A program made the position numbers and the translations under genes. DNA of 64,000 nucleotides from the human T2T-CHM13v2.0 reference genome, Homo sapiens. Under the pieces are notes generated by a model. It worked only from the letters and a program-made list of their open reading frames with translations. It was not told the DNA's origin and made no database searches. Shown in pieces: positions 45,571-59,852 of this stretch. The stretch lies in the NCBI RefSeq assembly GCF_009914755.1, contig NC_060928.1; one strand, given 5' to 3'. Numbering within the stretch: the first letter of the stretch is position 1; each line of letters begins with the position of its first letter.

Positions 45571-45895
45571 GGCTGGGCGCGGTGGCTCACGCCTGTAATC
45601 CCAGCACTCTGGGAGACCCAGGTGGGCGGATCACGAGGTCAGGAGATCGAGACCTTCCTGGCTAACACAGTGAAACCCCGTCTCTACTAAAAATACAAAA
45701 AAAAAAAAAAATTAGCCGGACGAAGTGGCAGGAGCCTGTAGTCCCAGCTACTCTGGAGGCTGAGGCAGAGAACGGTGTGAACCCGGGAGGCGGAGCTTGC
45801 AGTGAGCTGAGATCACGCCACTGCACTCCAGCCTGGGAGACAGAGCAAGACTCCATCTCAAAAAAAAATAAAAATAAATAAATAATAATATAAAA
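45571..45895 (+). mobile_element. AluY element
   Basis: gatcacgaggtcaggagatcgagacc, ggcggagcttgcagtgag; TSD aaataatataaaa. Confidence 0.95.
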
Positions 45896-48199
45896 TATAA
45901 AAGTATAGTTGTGAAAAAAATACATACTTGAAAAAGATTTACTACAGGAAAACTGAAATACATTTTCAAAACTTTCTGCATTGAGTCAGTAAAAAAATTC
46001 AAGTAATCATAGACCTTATAAAAAGAATGACTGACTATTTAATAGAAAAGATGGAAATAAAAAGGAAGCTTGGGGAGATGAGAAAATAATGTTATTTTTA
46101 GTAGGAAACTAGAAATTCAATAGAAGAATAGAAATCTGCGCAAGATACTGAGGAATAGAAAATAAAGTCAGTGATGTAGTAAACAATAAATCTAAAACGA
46201 AATGGAATATGACAGTAGGACAACTATAAGAGACATTATAATAAATATAATTTAATTTAGTAATCTACTATAAGAAAACATTGTGTTTCTGAATGAGAAA
46301 ATAAAACAAATAAAAAATTAAAAATGCAAAATATTATAAAAGGAATGAATATATTCTGCAATAAGGGACATCCAAATGGAATTTTAAAAAATTTCCTAAA
46401 TATTTACCAAGAAAAAGTAATGAAAAAAAATCTCAGACATATTCTTGTAAATTTTTTTTTAATTTCTAAAATATAAATAACTCAACAGCCAAGAAATTTA
46501 GGTACAGGAGTTTAGCCTTAATATGTCTTTGTGTCACTAGTGCCTCAAATTGAACCTGCCTTTTTATTCGCATCTTATAGATGGAGATACTGCGATTCAG
46601 AAATATTTAAGTAACTTTTTCAAAGTCATGCAATCCTTGCCCCACAAATGTTCACTTGGCAAAGCTGGGAGGATCTACTATGTTAAATAAGGGCAAGATT
46701 GTTGTCAAGATATTTCATGTATGTATTGGGCACATGAAGTACTCAGAGCATGGAGGTAGCATCTCCAAATGTATGAAGGAAAATGATTGTGAAAATGAAA
46801 CAAAGAAATGGGTGTTTGTGTTCAACTGAAGTGCCAGCTCATTCTACTCAAAGAAGCTCACTTTGAGAGTCAATGGCAAGGAGACTGAGCTGCTGGAAAT
46901 TATTCCTTATGAGTTCTTGGCATAATGAATATAAATAAATAAAAACTTGTGGTTTATAAATTAATATGTTAAATAGTACGCAAGGATTTATAATAAAAAA
47001 CAATCATCGCATGCTCTTGCCCTTTTAATGTCTAATTCTCTTAGCAGTGCTTTTAGCAGTTTTGTCTCAATTCTTCTGGCACACGACCTTTTTTTCTCCA
47101 AATATATAGTTAGGTAACTGTAATAAATAGAGTTACCACTCTTTTTACATCTCTGTTGGTTAAATTTAACTTTTAATAGCTAGTCAGATATTTGGAAACC
47201 ATTAAACTAATGTATTTCTTGTTCCTCCTTTCTCCTATAGCAATTTAATCACCATAGATTAAAGAAGAGGGGTTATCAAGTGGGATATAGAAAATATGAT
47301 GCAGAGGGTGTCTTTGCCAGACAAGAAGGGGAGTAAATGAAAGTCCTTTCTAGCCAGTAGACTATGGACAACTGGAGAGGAAGAAGCAGTAGAAACACCC
47401 TTTTCCACACTTTCCCCTAGCTTCCCACCACTGGGGATGCAGGGTGGAGAATTGTGGGAAAACCAATGACAATGAGTCTGTAGAAATGTGTTCTTGAACA
47501 AGCACAGCCAGAATAGGCATGGAGGCACAGTGTAGTTAGGAGAGAAAGTGTGTAATTTATGATGTCTGAGTCTCTCTAGACTCCTTTGTAATAAAGAATC
47601 GATTCACAAGTTCCTGCATGTCTTGTGGAAGACAGTGAAGTGGCTAAGATGAAAGCCAGCTGGCCTGGCATGGGGGCTGCACCGGTGAGGCTTGAGATGT
47701 CTGGACGTGTGAACTGAGCCAGAGGCTGGTGGAGGACTTTGCTGAGACCTGGAGGGATGGCAGCACAAATAGAGCCGAAGTGGGCTTCAGTCAAAAGGAG
47801 AGAAATTCAGCAGACCCGACAGAGCTGAGAGAATAAAACACAATTCTTCAATGCAGACACTAGCAGGGGAAGAGAATAGCGTACCCAGCACATAAGGAAC
47901 AATCCTGAGGAGCCCTGGGGACCCAGGGAACAGGGCACAGGAGCTCACATAGCCCTCTCCTACTGAGAATCTGTATCAAGTTGGTGTTGGAGGGAAGAAA
48001 AGTATATGAGGGGAAGGAAATCTTGGAGACAAGGCATTTCTGTGGAATAAATTGAGTTATTGAAAAGAAACAGTTTAAACTGGAAACAATATATTTAATA
48101 GGAGCTTTGCTAAAAAGATTAAATCAATTTTGGAAACACACAAATAACTACATGGTTTTTGTACTGCTGCTAAGTGGCAGCATGGTAATATTTTCATAC

Positions 48200-50220
48200 A
48201 AATTATATGTTTAAACTTCTAATTATCACTCAATCAATATCTTGTACTTCCTCAATTTGAAAGATGAATATATTTTCTCCTTTGCCTTTTCTTCCACCTT
48301 TCTCTTCCTTTCCTCCTGCCAACAGCTGTCTTCTGTACTTTTACAAATATACAAAGTAGATAATAATTACATTTTTAACCATAATTAAATCTTTATAACT
48401 TTTCCTTAAAAAACTGATTCTAAAGGTAGAAATTTTGGGAGTCCTCTTCCTGTTTGATCTGTGTATCACTTGGAATATATTTGATCCCCCAGATGGAGGG
48501 CCATTGAATTCCTTTTCCAATTTGGAGAGCATCTTTATGTTTGAAGTCCAGAGATCTTGTATTGTTTTTAACTGTCCTGGAGTTTTCCCTGGTTGCTCTG
48601 TAGGCCTGCTGGACAATTGTACAGCTAGGAACCCCCTTCATTAATCTCCTTGGTTAAATCCAGTGTCTCTATTTTATATTTACACCCTCACTCTTTTTTC
48701 AGAGTAAAATCCTTAAATAAATTACTCAAAAAAGATATGTGGGAGATAAATATTGTAACACTTTGTACATATATCTTTATTTTACCTACAGAATTATTAA
48801 TAAGGTGGATGGATATGGATTTCTGGGTGAAAGTAGATTTCCTACATGTTTGAAAGCATTGTTTCATTGTGTTATACCTGTAGTATGTCAGGTGGAAAGT
48901 GAAATGCCAATGTGATTTTCATTGCTTTGAACATAACCTGTTTTCTCCCTCTTTCTGGATGATTTTTTTCTTGCCATACTGATGTTTCACATTGATATGT
49001 CTAATTGTAGGTCTGCTTTCATTTGTCCTGCTATAGCTTGGTGGTCCCTTTCGATCTGAAGGCTTGTTTTGTTTTCAGCTGGGGGAAACTTGCTTATTTT
49101 ATTTATGATTAAAATGACTTCACCTGCTTAATTTACTGGTTATTTTTCTGTTTGTTGCATCTCTCAGATTTTCTGGTCCCAAACTGAAAACTACCCAAAT
49201 ACCTATCACAAATGAGATTAGTACCACACAGAGGAAATACAGGGGAATTCAGTGGAATGCGTGCAATGCTATGAACAAATTTCAGAAATATAATGTTGAG
49301 TGAGAGAAAGCAGGCTTGAAAGAATACATAAAATATGATTTGAAATATATGAGGTTACACAGACAAACATAAAACTAACTTACGCTGTTAGAATACTGAT
49401 AATCTTTACTGGGAAAATAAAGACTAGAAGAAGCAGAAAGGTCTCTGGATGTCATGTTGCCCTGTTTCCATATGTGGGTACTAATACACAGATGTGTTAT
49501 TTGCAAAAATTCTTCAAGCTGTATACTTTATAAATATACTTTTTCTGTAATTATACTTGATTAAAGAGTTTAAAAGAGTAACAGTAAACTTGTAAAACTA
49601 ATGTTTGCAATATATTTGACACAAAATACTCATTCTTTAATAGTTCAAAGAGAGCTCTTAAAAATGAAGAAAAAGATAACACTCTTTCAAAATGTATAAA
49701 GGACAAGAATTTTTAAAAAATCACCAATGAATACATGCAAGTGACAAACATTTTTAAAAAGGTCAAAACTCACTAGTAAATAAATAAATGCAAAGGGATT
49801 GGTATGGTATATACTTTATGTTGGTAAAACGAGAGAAATTCTCATGTTGGTGAAGCTTTGGAAACGTGAACACTGACTATTGCAGAGGAGATTAATGCTG
49901 GTAGAGACTTTTTGGAGGATGAATTGGCCATGACAGCCAAAATCCAATAAAAGTGGATACTCTGTGGCCTGCTGTGAAACTCTAGGAGCTTACCCTTAAG
50001 AATTCATTGTGGATGTTTATAAATATTCTACTACATCAATTATTTATCAAAGCCAATTTATCAGAGTTAATTTTTTTTAACAACTTAGCCCAGAAATGAG
50101 TGATGGGTTAATGAATTTGTGTTAAAGTTTTACAATAGTATCTTGTGTGGGCTTTAAAAATGATGATGCATATGAATATTTCATTACATTGAAAGATGTT
50201 CAGAATATATTATTAAAGAA
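48200..50220. mobile_element. Cluster of old L1M/L1ME fragments on both strands
   Basis: Degenerate L1 ORF1 antisense and 3'-end motifs; boundaries approximate. Confidence 0.5.
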
Positions 50221-50245
50221 AAAATTCCAAATATGCATTTTTTGA

Positions 50246-50550
<305 letters not shown>

Positions 50551-51056
50551 TGCCTCAGTTTTCTTAATTTATGTTGCTCTCTGAATTTTCAAGTGTTTCT
50601 ATAATGAACAAAAAAGTATTTATTATATTTAAAAGATAAAGGATCTTCTAAAATTATTGATGTTTTGCTCTAAATGATACATTATTCAGATTCACCGAAC
50701 TTTTTTTGCCTTTCTATGAGTGTTTTCATTATTTTCATTCATAAAGTTTCTGATGCCAACTAAAATCACTTTAATTTACATATGTTTAAAGAGTTGTTTT
50801 TATTCCATTCAAATTTAAGTAATTATGTTTTGAGAAAGAGTAAGAAACAAGTAAAGAAAGAAAATCTTGTCTAATTTACTAAGAAAAAGTCAAATTATAT
50901 AATCTCTGCACGGAAGCAATGAGCAGACAGATTAATTTTGGGTTTCTCTGCCAATTAACCATGAATACTTCATTCAGTTCCTGAGCTAGGTGCAGAGATG
51001 AGACACGATACTGACTAATTATATGCAGGCTAAAGAAAAGCAGGACTGAGACTTAC

Positions 51057-51122
51057 CAGGCTTTGGAGCCTCTCTAATTTCCTTAGATGGTTTAAGATTT
51101 AGTCAATGGCATACGTCAGGCC
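51057..51122 (-). pseudogene. Pseudo-exon (PDVCH*LNLKPSKEIREAPKP)
   Basis: Acceptor cattccctctag and consensus donor CTG|gtaagt; 66 nt; the phase 1-1 reading matches the next exon. Confidence 0.55.
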
Positions 51123-52309
51123 CTAGAGGGAATGAGGTTCCTAACTAAAAGCTAAAGATTTAGTTATACAATCTTGGTAACAGTAGAAAGTGTGATATTG
51201 AAAGTTAAGTGTTATAATTGGAAGTCTAATTTTCTTTAGACTTTTTGCAGCATATACATTTCACTTAATTTTCCATTCATATGCAATAATACTACTGATG
51301 TAAAACAGTTGTGCTATTGCATGGATGCTTTTAAAAGTGTATTCTACAAGTGCATAAAAACCAAGATAGTCTCCTGGGAGAGGCAAGAGGGAAAGTGCAA
51401 GAAGTAATATCCATGAAGGCAGTTCTTAGAAATCTATATATTTCAAAATAGTAGTTAACAGTGCTAAGTCAGCCAATTATATGGTGTTTCCCCTGAATTA
51501 TCTTTTTTTACCCTCTGATTCTGTAAAGTGTACTAATTATGTAAATATAATCTAATTTACCCCAACTTTCAAATAGTTAACCTAACATTTAATCTCAATC
51601 TATGTTTGGGTAGCAGGTATGAATTTCGGTCTATGTGATGTTTTACTTTCAATATTACTTAAGATTTATTTTTATCTCCCATTTTGTCAGCTGAAAGAAA
51701 TTTAATCTCAGTTGGTTCAGGGTTTACCTACTCCTGGGCCTAGGCTCTCATTAAGTTCCCAGAGGCTGACAGAGTGCCAAGTCACAGGATGGGAGGGCAT
51801 CTGTTACTCAGTGTCTCCCTCTATCCAGATGGCACTGCTGGGATGTGTTTATTCCCATCTGGTCTTTAGTCATTGGTCTCTGTAGGTAGATGCTGACTCA
51901 TCCTTTGTCCTAAGCACTAGACCTTTTCAATTTTTCATCTGCTTTCCTGCCCTTTCCATACCCTTTTGGGTTTTAGTAAACTATGGATCTGACTAGGGTC
52001 ATTATCACTTTGGTACTACTCTGGGATGTACAGAATCATACTGTCCCCTTGGTATGGAAAACTCTGTCCCTTGGTATGGAAAACTCTGTCTCCTGTATCT
52101 CCATATTTTTACATGTAGAGATCAAGCTGACTGTAATCTGTACAACTACCACATAGAGATTTTGTGCATATTAAAAAATGGAACCCCCTCTGGGCAGATC
52201 AGCCCTGCGAGCAGAAATGCCCTTCTGTGGATGTGCTTCCTCCAGGTGAGTATACTATCACTCAAGGTACATGCACATGGCTTGCTGAGTGGAAATGCAA
52301 GCTGGATTG

Positions 52310-52691
<382 letters not shown>

Positions 52692-54801
52692 TGATTCAAA
52701 GTACATTTCTTTTTTTTTTTTTCTAATACCCCAAGTCTGCCTCTTTATTCAATACACAGTTGTTTAGAACACAGTTGTTTAGGCAGCTGTCAGTATACCC
52801 AGCAGTATAATAAACATATTTCTCAATTATATCCAAAAGTCCATTGGTGTTTTTGTTAAATGCCTTGCTGATGTCGAAATGCACAATATCCTTGATATTA
52901 ACTTGATTTCAAGTCTAATACTCTATTTTTAAGGTGAGACTAGATTTTCACAACTTTTGATAGTCACTCCTCATTATTTCTTTTAATCATTGATAGATTT
53001 CATAAGTGCTCATAAAACTTTTAACAACCTTCTAAAGTTTGCCTTAATTTCAATATCATGCATACAAATACAACATTACTAGAAACAAATGTTCTCTCTT
53101 CATTGCCTTCTCTAAAAGTAAACATTTTCCAGCCCCTCTGATTTGCAAGGAATTATGGTAGATACTATGTGATGCATAGGAAAAAAAACCCACCCAATAT
53201 GGCATTTTTTGAGGGTGTGAGGCTCTGGGAAAGTGTTAAAGAAGGAAAATTATATTTATTTGTCTGGGATATTATAAAATGTTATTTATTTATAAAAATA
53301 CACTTATATAATTTTTAGGTCTGTGATATTTTAGGCGTATTTTATTATGTTTATTTTTCCCACCAGATTCATTTGGTAGGTATTATAAATTTTATTCTCA
53401 TTTTATGGATGACAAAATTCATATCATGAGAGGTTATACTACCCAAAGGCATCGAGCTATTTCAGACAAATGCATCTTCTTCCAAAGTCAATTCTATTCT
53501 ATTTAATAATAGTGCTCAATGTTAGTGTATTTAATATTAGCTTATTAAAAAGCACATTCATGGGTCCTATCCCTAGAGATACAGATGCAGTCAGTCTAAA
53601 GTAAGCACTACGATCTAATTTTTAACAAGTATTCCAAGTGATTTTGATGGAACTACTCTTTAGATCATAGCTTGAGGAATTGTACTAAAACATATGGCCT
53701 CAGAAGTGACAGTCTTGTATGGAATTACCAATGCATAAAAAATTACAATAAGAATAAACGGGACTAATTGTACAATGCAGTTACAAAGCACCTTAGAGAA
53801 CTAGAGACAAAAACTTTGGGTGAAATGCAAGTGGATCTGGAAGACATTTAGTCTGCACATTAAAAGTTGGCTTTGATTTAACAGGAAGATATGACAGAAA
53901 GGATCATGCACATATGTATAGAGATAGTAGAAGAAAAATTAAGTTCAGGATGACTACAAGTTATAGTGCAAGGTGATAGGTATAGAAGATAATATCTTTT
54001 GCAATTAGGTTGTACATGGGTCATGCACTCAAAATTCATCTATGCAAAAAACATAGGCTATTTTAGATAATGTGAATCTTCTATTTTTTTAAAGGACCAT
54101 AGTGATGTAGATCAGCTCTGTTTGCTTCAGATGATAAAAATGGAAGTATTAGGAAGAATGAATGAGGCAGGGGTTACAATCCACTTTAGAAACTCTTGTT
54201 TTAGACCATAGATGTATAATAGTATCTGAGAGAATGGAAAGTGAGTAGAATGAAAGGGACAGATCTCAGAATGCTTTCATGTTAAAAATACCCAGATGTA
54301 TTGATTGACAGTAGCTGCTAAGGAAAGAAAAAAGACTCAAATATTTCTTTAACACAAAACTAAGGTGGCTAAAAAAGTGGTACACAGACAGTGGGCAAGG
54401 GATCCTGATATCTGTGGGTTGGTGAGTCAAGTTTAAATATAGCCTGCAAACCTAGACTACATTTTCAAGCCTAGCAAGGCTTTGAAGTAGATAGAAATAA
54501 GAAATAATAGCTTGAGGAAAACCCAGGGTAAGGAAAGAAGGTGATTTTTTTTTTTTTTGAGAACCGAGGAAATTTTGTGTGTTTATAGACTGAGATTGAG
54601 ATAATGAATTAAGACACAGGGTGAAATTAGGGGGCAAATAAGGAAACAAATGATTAGACAAAAAGAAGACAGAACGAAATTAAGATGTTAAATGAAGGGA
54701 AAGAATAGATCTATTTAAATACAAATAATTGCTATGAAGCACTCCGTGTCAGGTCTTAGAATATCTCATTTAATTTTCACAACAACTTTAAGGTATAAAT
54801 T

Positions 54802-55255
54802 TGTGAACCCAGAAAATCTGAGACAGGTTTCAGTTAATTTAGAAAGCTTATTTTGCCAAGGTTGAGGACGTGCCCGTGAAGCCTCAGGAAGTCCTGATGA
54901 CGTGTGTCCAAGGTGGTTGGGGCGCAGTTTGGTTTTATACATTTTAGGGAGACAAGATATCAATCAATATATGTAAGAAGTACATTGGTTCTGTCAGAAA
55001 GGCAGGACAACTTGAAGCAAAGTCAGGAAGACTAGAAAGTGGGAGGGAGCTTCCAGGTCACAGATAGGTGAGACACAAACAGTTGCATTATTTTGAGTTT
55101 CCTATTAGCCTTTCCAAAGGAGGTAATCAGATATGCATCTATCTCAGTGAGCACAGGGATAATTGGAATAGAATGGGAGGCAGGTTCACCTTAAGCAGCT
55201 TCCAGCTTGAGTTTTTCCTTAGTGATTTGGGGAGCCCAAGATACTTTCCTTTCAT
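54802..55255 (-). mobile_element. MER4A-type ERV1 solo LTR
   Basis: tgtgaacccagaaaatctgagacagg...ttagtgatttggggagcccaagatactttcctttca. Confidence 0.85.
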
Positions 55256-57449
55256 ATTTTTTTACATTTATTTTAAATTGGAAGAAAATGAGGTGATAAA
55301 TAATTGGTTTAAGATTATCCAGTAAGAAAGTGGCAAATCCATATTTTTTTTTACTTTTTTATATTGTTTCTTTCCTTTGTGTCACAAGGCAAATAATAAT
55401 GATTGAGAAATTATAGAAAACCACTTGAAAAAGGGGAAAATAATTTGAAGGAATTTGAATTGAGTGTTTTTAACTTTTTAAATAAACAAGATAAAGTCAT
55501 TTGCTTATAGATTAGGCTGCATCTAGAGATTGGCAAAGGTCTAAATTACTGGGAGATAGTTATTGAAGAGATAATTAATTTTGGATAAATAATAAATAAG
55601 AGAATAATTTGTGGTTAATATTCATTAATCAGTTGCAGTTAGATTTTAAGTTTGTGATGAGACCAATTTGTGCAATAACATGAGATTTCTCCTGCTATAC
55701 TTAGTCATTTCAAATGGAGATGGAGAAACAGAAATATTAACATGGAATTAGGAACTACCAAAGTATGTAAAGCAAAAAATTAATTCTTGGCTGCTTATTC
55801 GAGATCACAGCTTAAAGATTGACCATGGTTAGTCTGGTTAAGGAAGTAAATGAGGCCAGAAGAGAAGCTTGGGGAATAGGACCAGATTAAGGGTTTACAT
55901 TGTGCAGTAAAGATCAGTATTTGAAGGATTCACACATTGGGAGATTTGGAAGAAACTGATGCTGTGATCAGATCTTGAAGGTTCATCAGTGAGAGGCGAT
56001 GGTGTGCTTCAGGGTGCTGCTGCATATGTGGGCCGAAGTGGAGAGGATGGGCATTAGAGTTAAGATGTTTTGAAACTTAAGGGCTCTGCTGTTGGAAAGG
56101 TTATCCATGTGAACAGTCACTTAAATTATGGTAGAACAAAAAAAGGAGAGCAAATATGCAATCTAGTTGCTAAAACTGAAGAATATGGAGTACTCTCTTG
56201 CAAATCATTTAAATGATGGACAGGAAAAACAGTGTAAACATATCATATGGATTACAGAAGAGAGGAAATGGGAAGCCAACAGGAAAGAAAGAGGATGTCA
56301 GCTCATTTCTTGTTATTGTGAGAAGAAAATTTGCATAGCACCTTGCACAATTTATGTACACAGTAATTTTATTTAGCTTTAAGATAATTGTGAAGTTGAC
56401 GGTTTCTGATGAAACAATAACTTATAATTTAATTACAGAGTTACTTAACCACTGCTAGATCTCAAAATATGTATCATTGAGAAATTAGATTTAAATTGAG
56501 GTACTTAATTATTTCCATTAACATAGATTATTACAACAGTGACGAAGTGGAAATTTTATAGTCTTCAACTTGTGATATGAGTAAATGAAGTAAGATTAGT
56601 GAAATTGAATAGACCATAATTGTCAGGATCCATGAGCCAGATACTGCCTATGTTATTTTTCATGTTTCGGTCCTACTGGGTGACATAAATTATCTTTCAA
56701 AAGTTTTGGTACTGACTATGTATAGAAAAAAATGCAACAAAGAGCTAAATATTTGCTACTGAAGAAAAGGCAAGCAAGTTGCAGTTTATTTGGAGTTGGT
56801 ATCACTCCACCAGTGTTCAAGATTTCTCATTATAACCTCTAACTCAAAAAGATGTTCTGCCCTCAAGAAATAATATCTAAATGTCTATAGTTATTTAGAG
56901 TTCAAATAATTTTCAGTTGCAAGTTTTCAGTGGAAAGAATCTCTGTGTTGTTATTTTTTAAGGAGGAAATTTTTATTTTTCATCTGTGTAAGCAGACTCT
57001 ATTAAAGCTGACAGCATAAGAAGTTTTGGAGAGAACTTTTTGACATCTATGTGATGTGCTCAGAAGAAAAATAATAATTCTAAATTTTAGCCAAATTGAA
57101 GCCTATCTAGAAAGAGCTAAATGGACATCCCAGCATATTAATCTCTGGCTTGTTTGGTGCAGCTTGCTTTGATAATTACATAAAAAGATTACAGTAACAA
57201 AAAATCACACCTTAGTTAAAGGTGTGTTCTCCATTGTAAAGCAGTATTTTGGTTCTGTAGTTCAGTCATAGCAAACGTGACTGAATGAAAATTTAGACAG
57301 GTCAGGCCTCAATCTAGAAGAAATGCAAGGGAGAAAAAGTCACTTGTTCATTTTTACTCTAGAAGGAGTAATACTACAAGATGTTTTAATGTTGAATCAA
57401 CAACTTGCTTTGGATTATATTTTCTAAAATGTAATCCAATACCTGTCTT

Positions 57450-58120
57450 TTTTCTTTTTCTTTTGAAATAGTTTTAGACTTACAGAAGAGTTGTGAAAAT
57501 ATTACAGAGTTCACATATTCTCTTCCCTCAGTTTCTTCTTTTTACAATTTATAAACCATGAAACAATTATCATTCACATTATTACAATACCATTAACAAA
57601 GCTACACCCCATATTCAAATTTCACTATTTTGGCTCCTAATATACTTTTTCTGTGCTAGGATCCAATCCAGAGTTCCACATTACATTTAATTGTTGCCAT
57701 AGTCTCTACCAATTTGTGATAGTTCCTCAGTTTCTTCTTCTCTTTCATGACCTTGACATTTTTGATAAGGACTAATGGTTACTTTTTAGAATATCTCTCA
57801 ATTTGAATTTGCCTTTAGTTTTCTCCTAAGGTTGAGGCTGTACATTTTTGGGAAGAATACCACAGAAGTGATGTTATTGTCCATCTATGCCCCTGCATCA
57901 TATCACAGGTATTTATGATGATATATCTTTTTTACTGGTGATGTTAACCTGGATCATTTGGCTAAGGCAGTGTCTGCTGGCTTTCCCACTATTTTTGCCC
58001 TTGTAATTGGTTAAGTATCTTCAGAGTGATACAATGTGGGTATGCAATGTTTCTCCTCAAACTTTTGCCCAATTTTTGCAACTTCTTGCCTGCAACAATT
58101 ATGACCGTAATGTTTGTAGT
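57450..58120 (-). mobile_element. L1MC 3' end
   Basis: ttttagacttacagaagagttg; ggatccaatccagag; gaataccacagaagtgatg. Confidence 0.75.
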
Positions 58121-58186
58121 TGGCCATCTTAAAAAAAAAGCACATTTGTTTCTAATAATGGTATATTTAAATGAAAAATGCAAACT

Positions 58187-58261
58187 CAAATCAGTCAACA
58201 TTTTGCTTTTTATAGAGTTATCAGATGGCAATCTACAGGTTCATAGTTTAAGCAATGCATC
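58187..58261 (-). pseudogene. Candidate pseudo-exon (DALLKL*TCRLPSDNSIKSKMLTDL)
   Basis: Acceptor cctttaactcttttag; phase 0 continues ...MQQIQ; donor uncertain (A|gtttgc); upstream intron only 53 nt. Confidence 0.45.
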
Positions 58262-58314
58262 CTAAAAGAGTTAAAGGATGTGAAGTAATGAAATAGAAAT
58301 TTTAATTATACTAC

Positions 58315-58478
58315 CTGTATTTGCTGCATAATTGGAATTTCATTTCCATTCTGAATTTGTTGGGAGAAGCGGAAACAGCTTGCTGCTTTAGTGGGCTGGC
58401 ATGTTTGCAATGAAATGTTCCAAGCTTCTCAGCAGTCAGGTGAATATCCCAGCCTGAGGTCACCTTCACTGTATATCC
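58315..58478 (-). pseudogene. Candidate pseudo-exon (GYTVKVTSGWDIHLTAEKL... / ...NEIPIMQQIQ, probable frameshift)
   Basis: Strong acceptor cttttatcttag and donor CAG|gtagta; 164 nt; one frame fully open, another ends in phase 0 and joins the next exon. Confidence 0.55.
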
Positions 58479-59029
58479 CTAAGATAAAAGCAATTTTAGA
58501 GTATTTTTGATCCTGAGGATGTCCTAATTATCCAGTTCCAGAAATTGCCAATTGAGGCGATATTCAATTCTAACCCTACTTTCCATTTTAGACTATTATT
58601 ATTAACACTACTATTATTGTTATTAAACAATTTTTACTCTTGTGAAATTTCCCAATTAGTTTAATTAATTGTGTAGTCTCTAGGTTTCTGAATATTTGAG
58701 ACTCAACAGCACTAATCTTTCTTCTCCACTTCCTTCTTCCTTTATATTATCTTGTTCTTATTGGTGTGTAATTCCAAAGAAACAGGATGGGAGATGATAA
58801 TTATTTTTAAAGCCCTGAGAAATTTTAGTTTACTATACAAAAACCTAACTTACATTCACACAAAGTTTATTCTATGAAATAATTTTCATAAGTGAGAAAG
58901 AATATAACTATCTATGAGGGCTCTGTGTGTGTCTTCTTATTTGTAATAGTTTTATCTTACCTGCCTAGAACAGCCTCTGACATATACTAAGTTCCCAATA
59001 AATATTTGTTAAATATTATGTTAAGTTAA

Positions 59030-59447
59030 ATAGCCAGGAACAGAAAAGTAAGCACTGCATGTTGTCACACACATGAAAGCTAAAAAATGTCAATCTCATA
59101 GAACTGAAAAGTAGAACCGAGGATACCGTAAAGGCTGGGAAGGGGAAATCTAAGGGGGGAATAGAAAGAGATTTGTTAAAGGATACAAAATTACAGCTAG
59201 ATAGGAGAAATGCCTTCTCGTGTTTTGTACCTCTGTAGGATGACTATAGTTTATTATACAGTTTCAAATAGCTAGAAGGAGAATATTGAACTTTTCCAAC
59301 ACAAAGTAATGATAAACGTTTGAGATGATAGATATGCTTATTACCCTGATCTGATCACCGTAAATTATATGTATCCAAACATCACTTTGTACCCCATGAG
59401 TATTCACAATTATTATTTGTCAATTAGAAAAATAAAATAAATAAAAT
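59030..59447 (+). mobile_element. L1MA 3' end
   Basis: ggatacaaaattacagctagataggag...ttaccctgatctgatc...aaaataaaataa. Confidence 0.85.
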
Positions 59448-59703
59448 TGTGTTCTTGTAGACATAAAACAATTGCTGAGTGAATAAATTAATTTTAGGCA
59501 AAATAAAAGCCTCCTAACACCACAAGAGTGATATGCAGAACTGATAGCCCTATCTCTTCTCCTCATTAACATTTTTATTTCTTTAGTCATTTATGAGTAT
59601 GCATTCATGGTTCTTATTTTACTGTATGAGTTATAATCTGTTACTATCACTATTTATTTTAATCCTCAAATTTTTGGACTGGGCTTTCTTGACTAGAATC
59701 TAC

Positions 59704-59852
59704 CTGTTCCTCAGCCGACTGTGCATGACTGATTTGAATGCCAGCTGCTCCTGGGTTGCAGCTTAATCTAACACACTCCTCCTAACGCACTGTCTATGCT
59801 GAAGTGTTTTCAAGTGAGTTACAGACACTGTAACTAACATAAAGGTCCAGTT
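59704..59852 (-). pseudogene. Candidate 5' pseudo-exon (LDLYVSYSVCNSLENTSA*TVR*EECVRLSCNPGAAGIQISHAQSAEEQ)
   Basis: Acceptor ttgattccctacag and donor CAG|gtagat; 149 nt; two stops in the best frame. Confidence 0.35.

Noticed and set aside
56500-56715. Minus-strand acceptor followed by SVPKLLKDNLCHPVGPKHEK*
   Set aside because: No convincing donor and several stops; cannot be placed in the model
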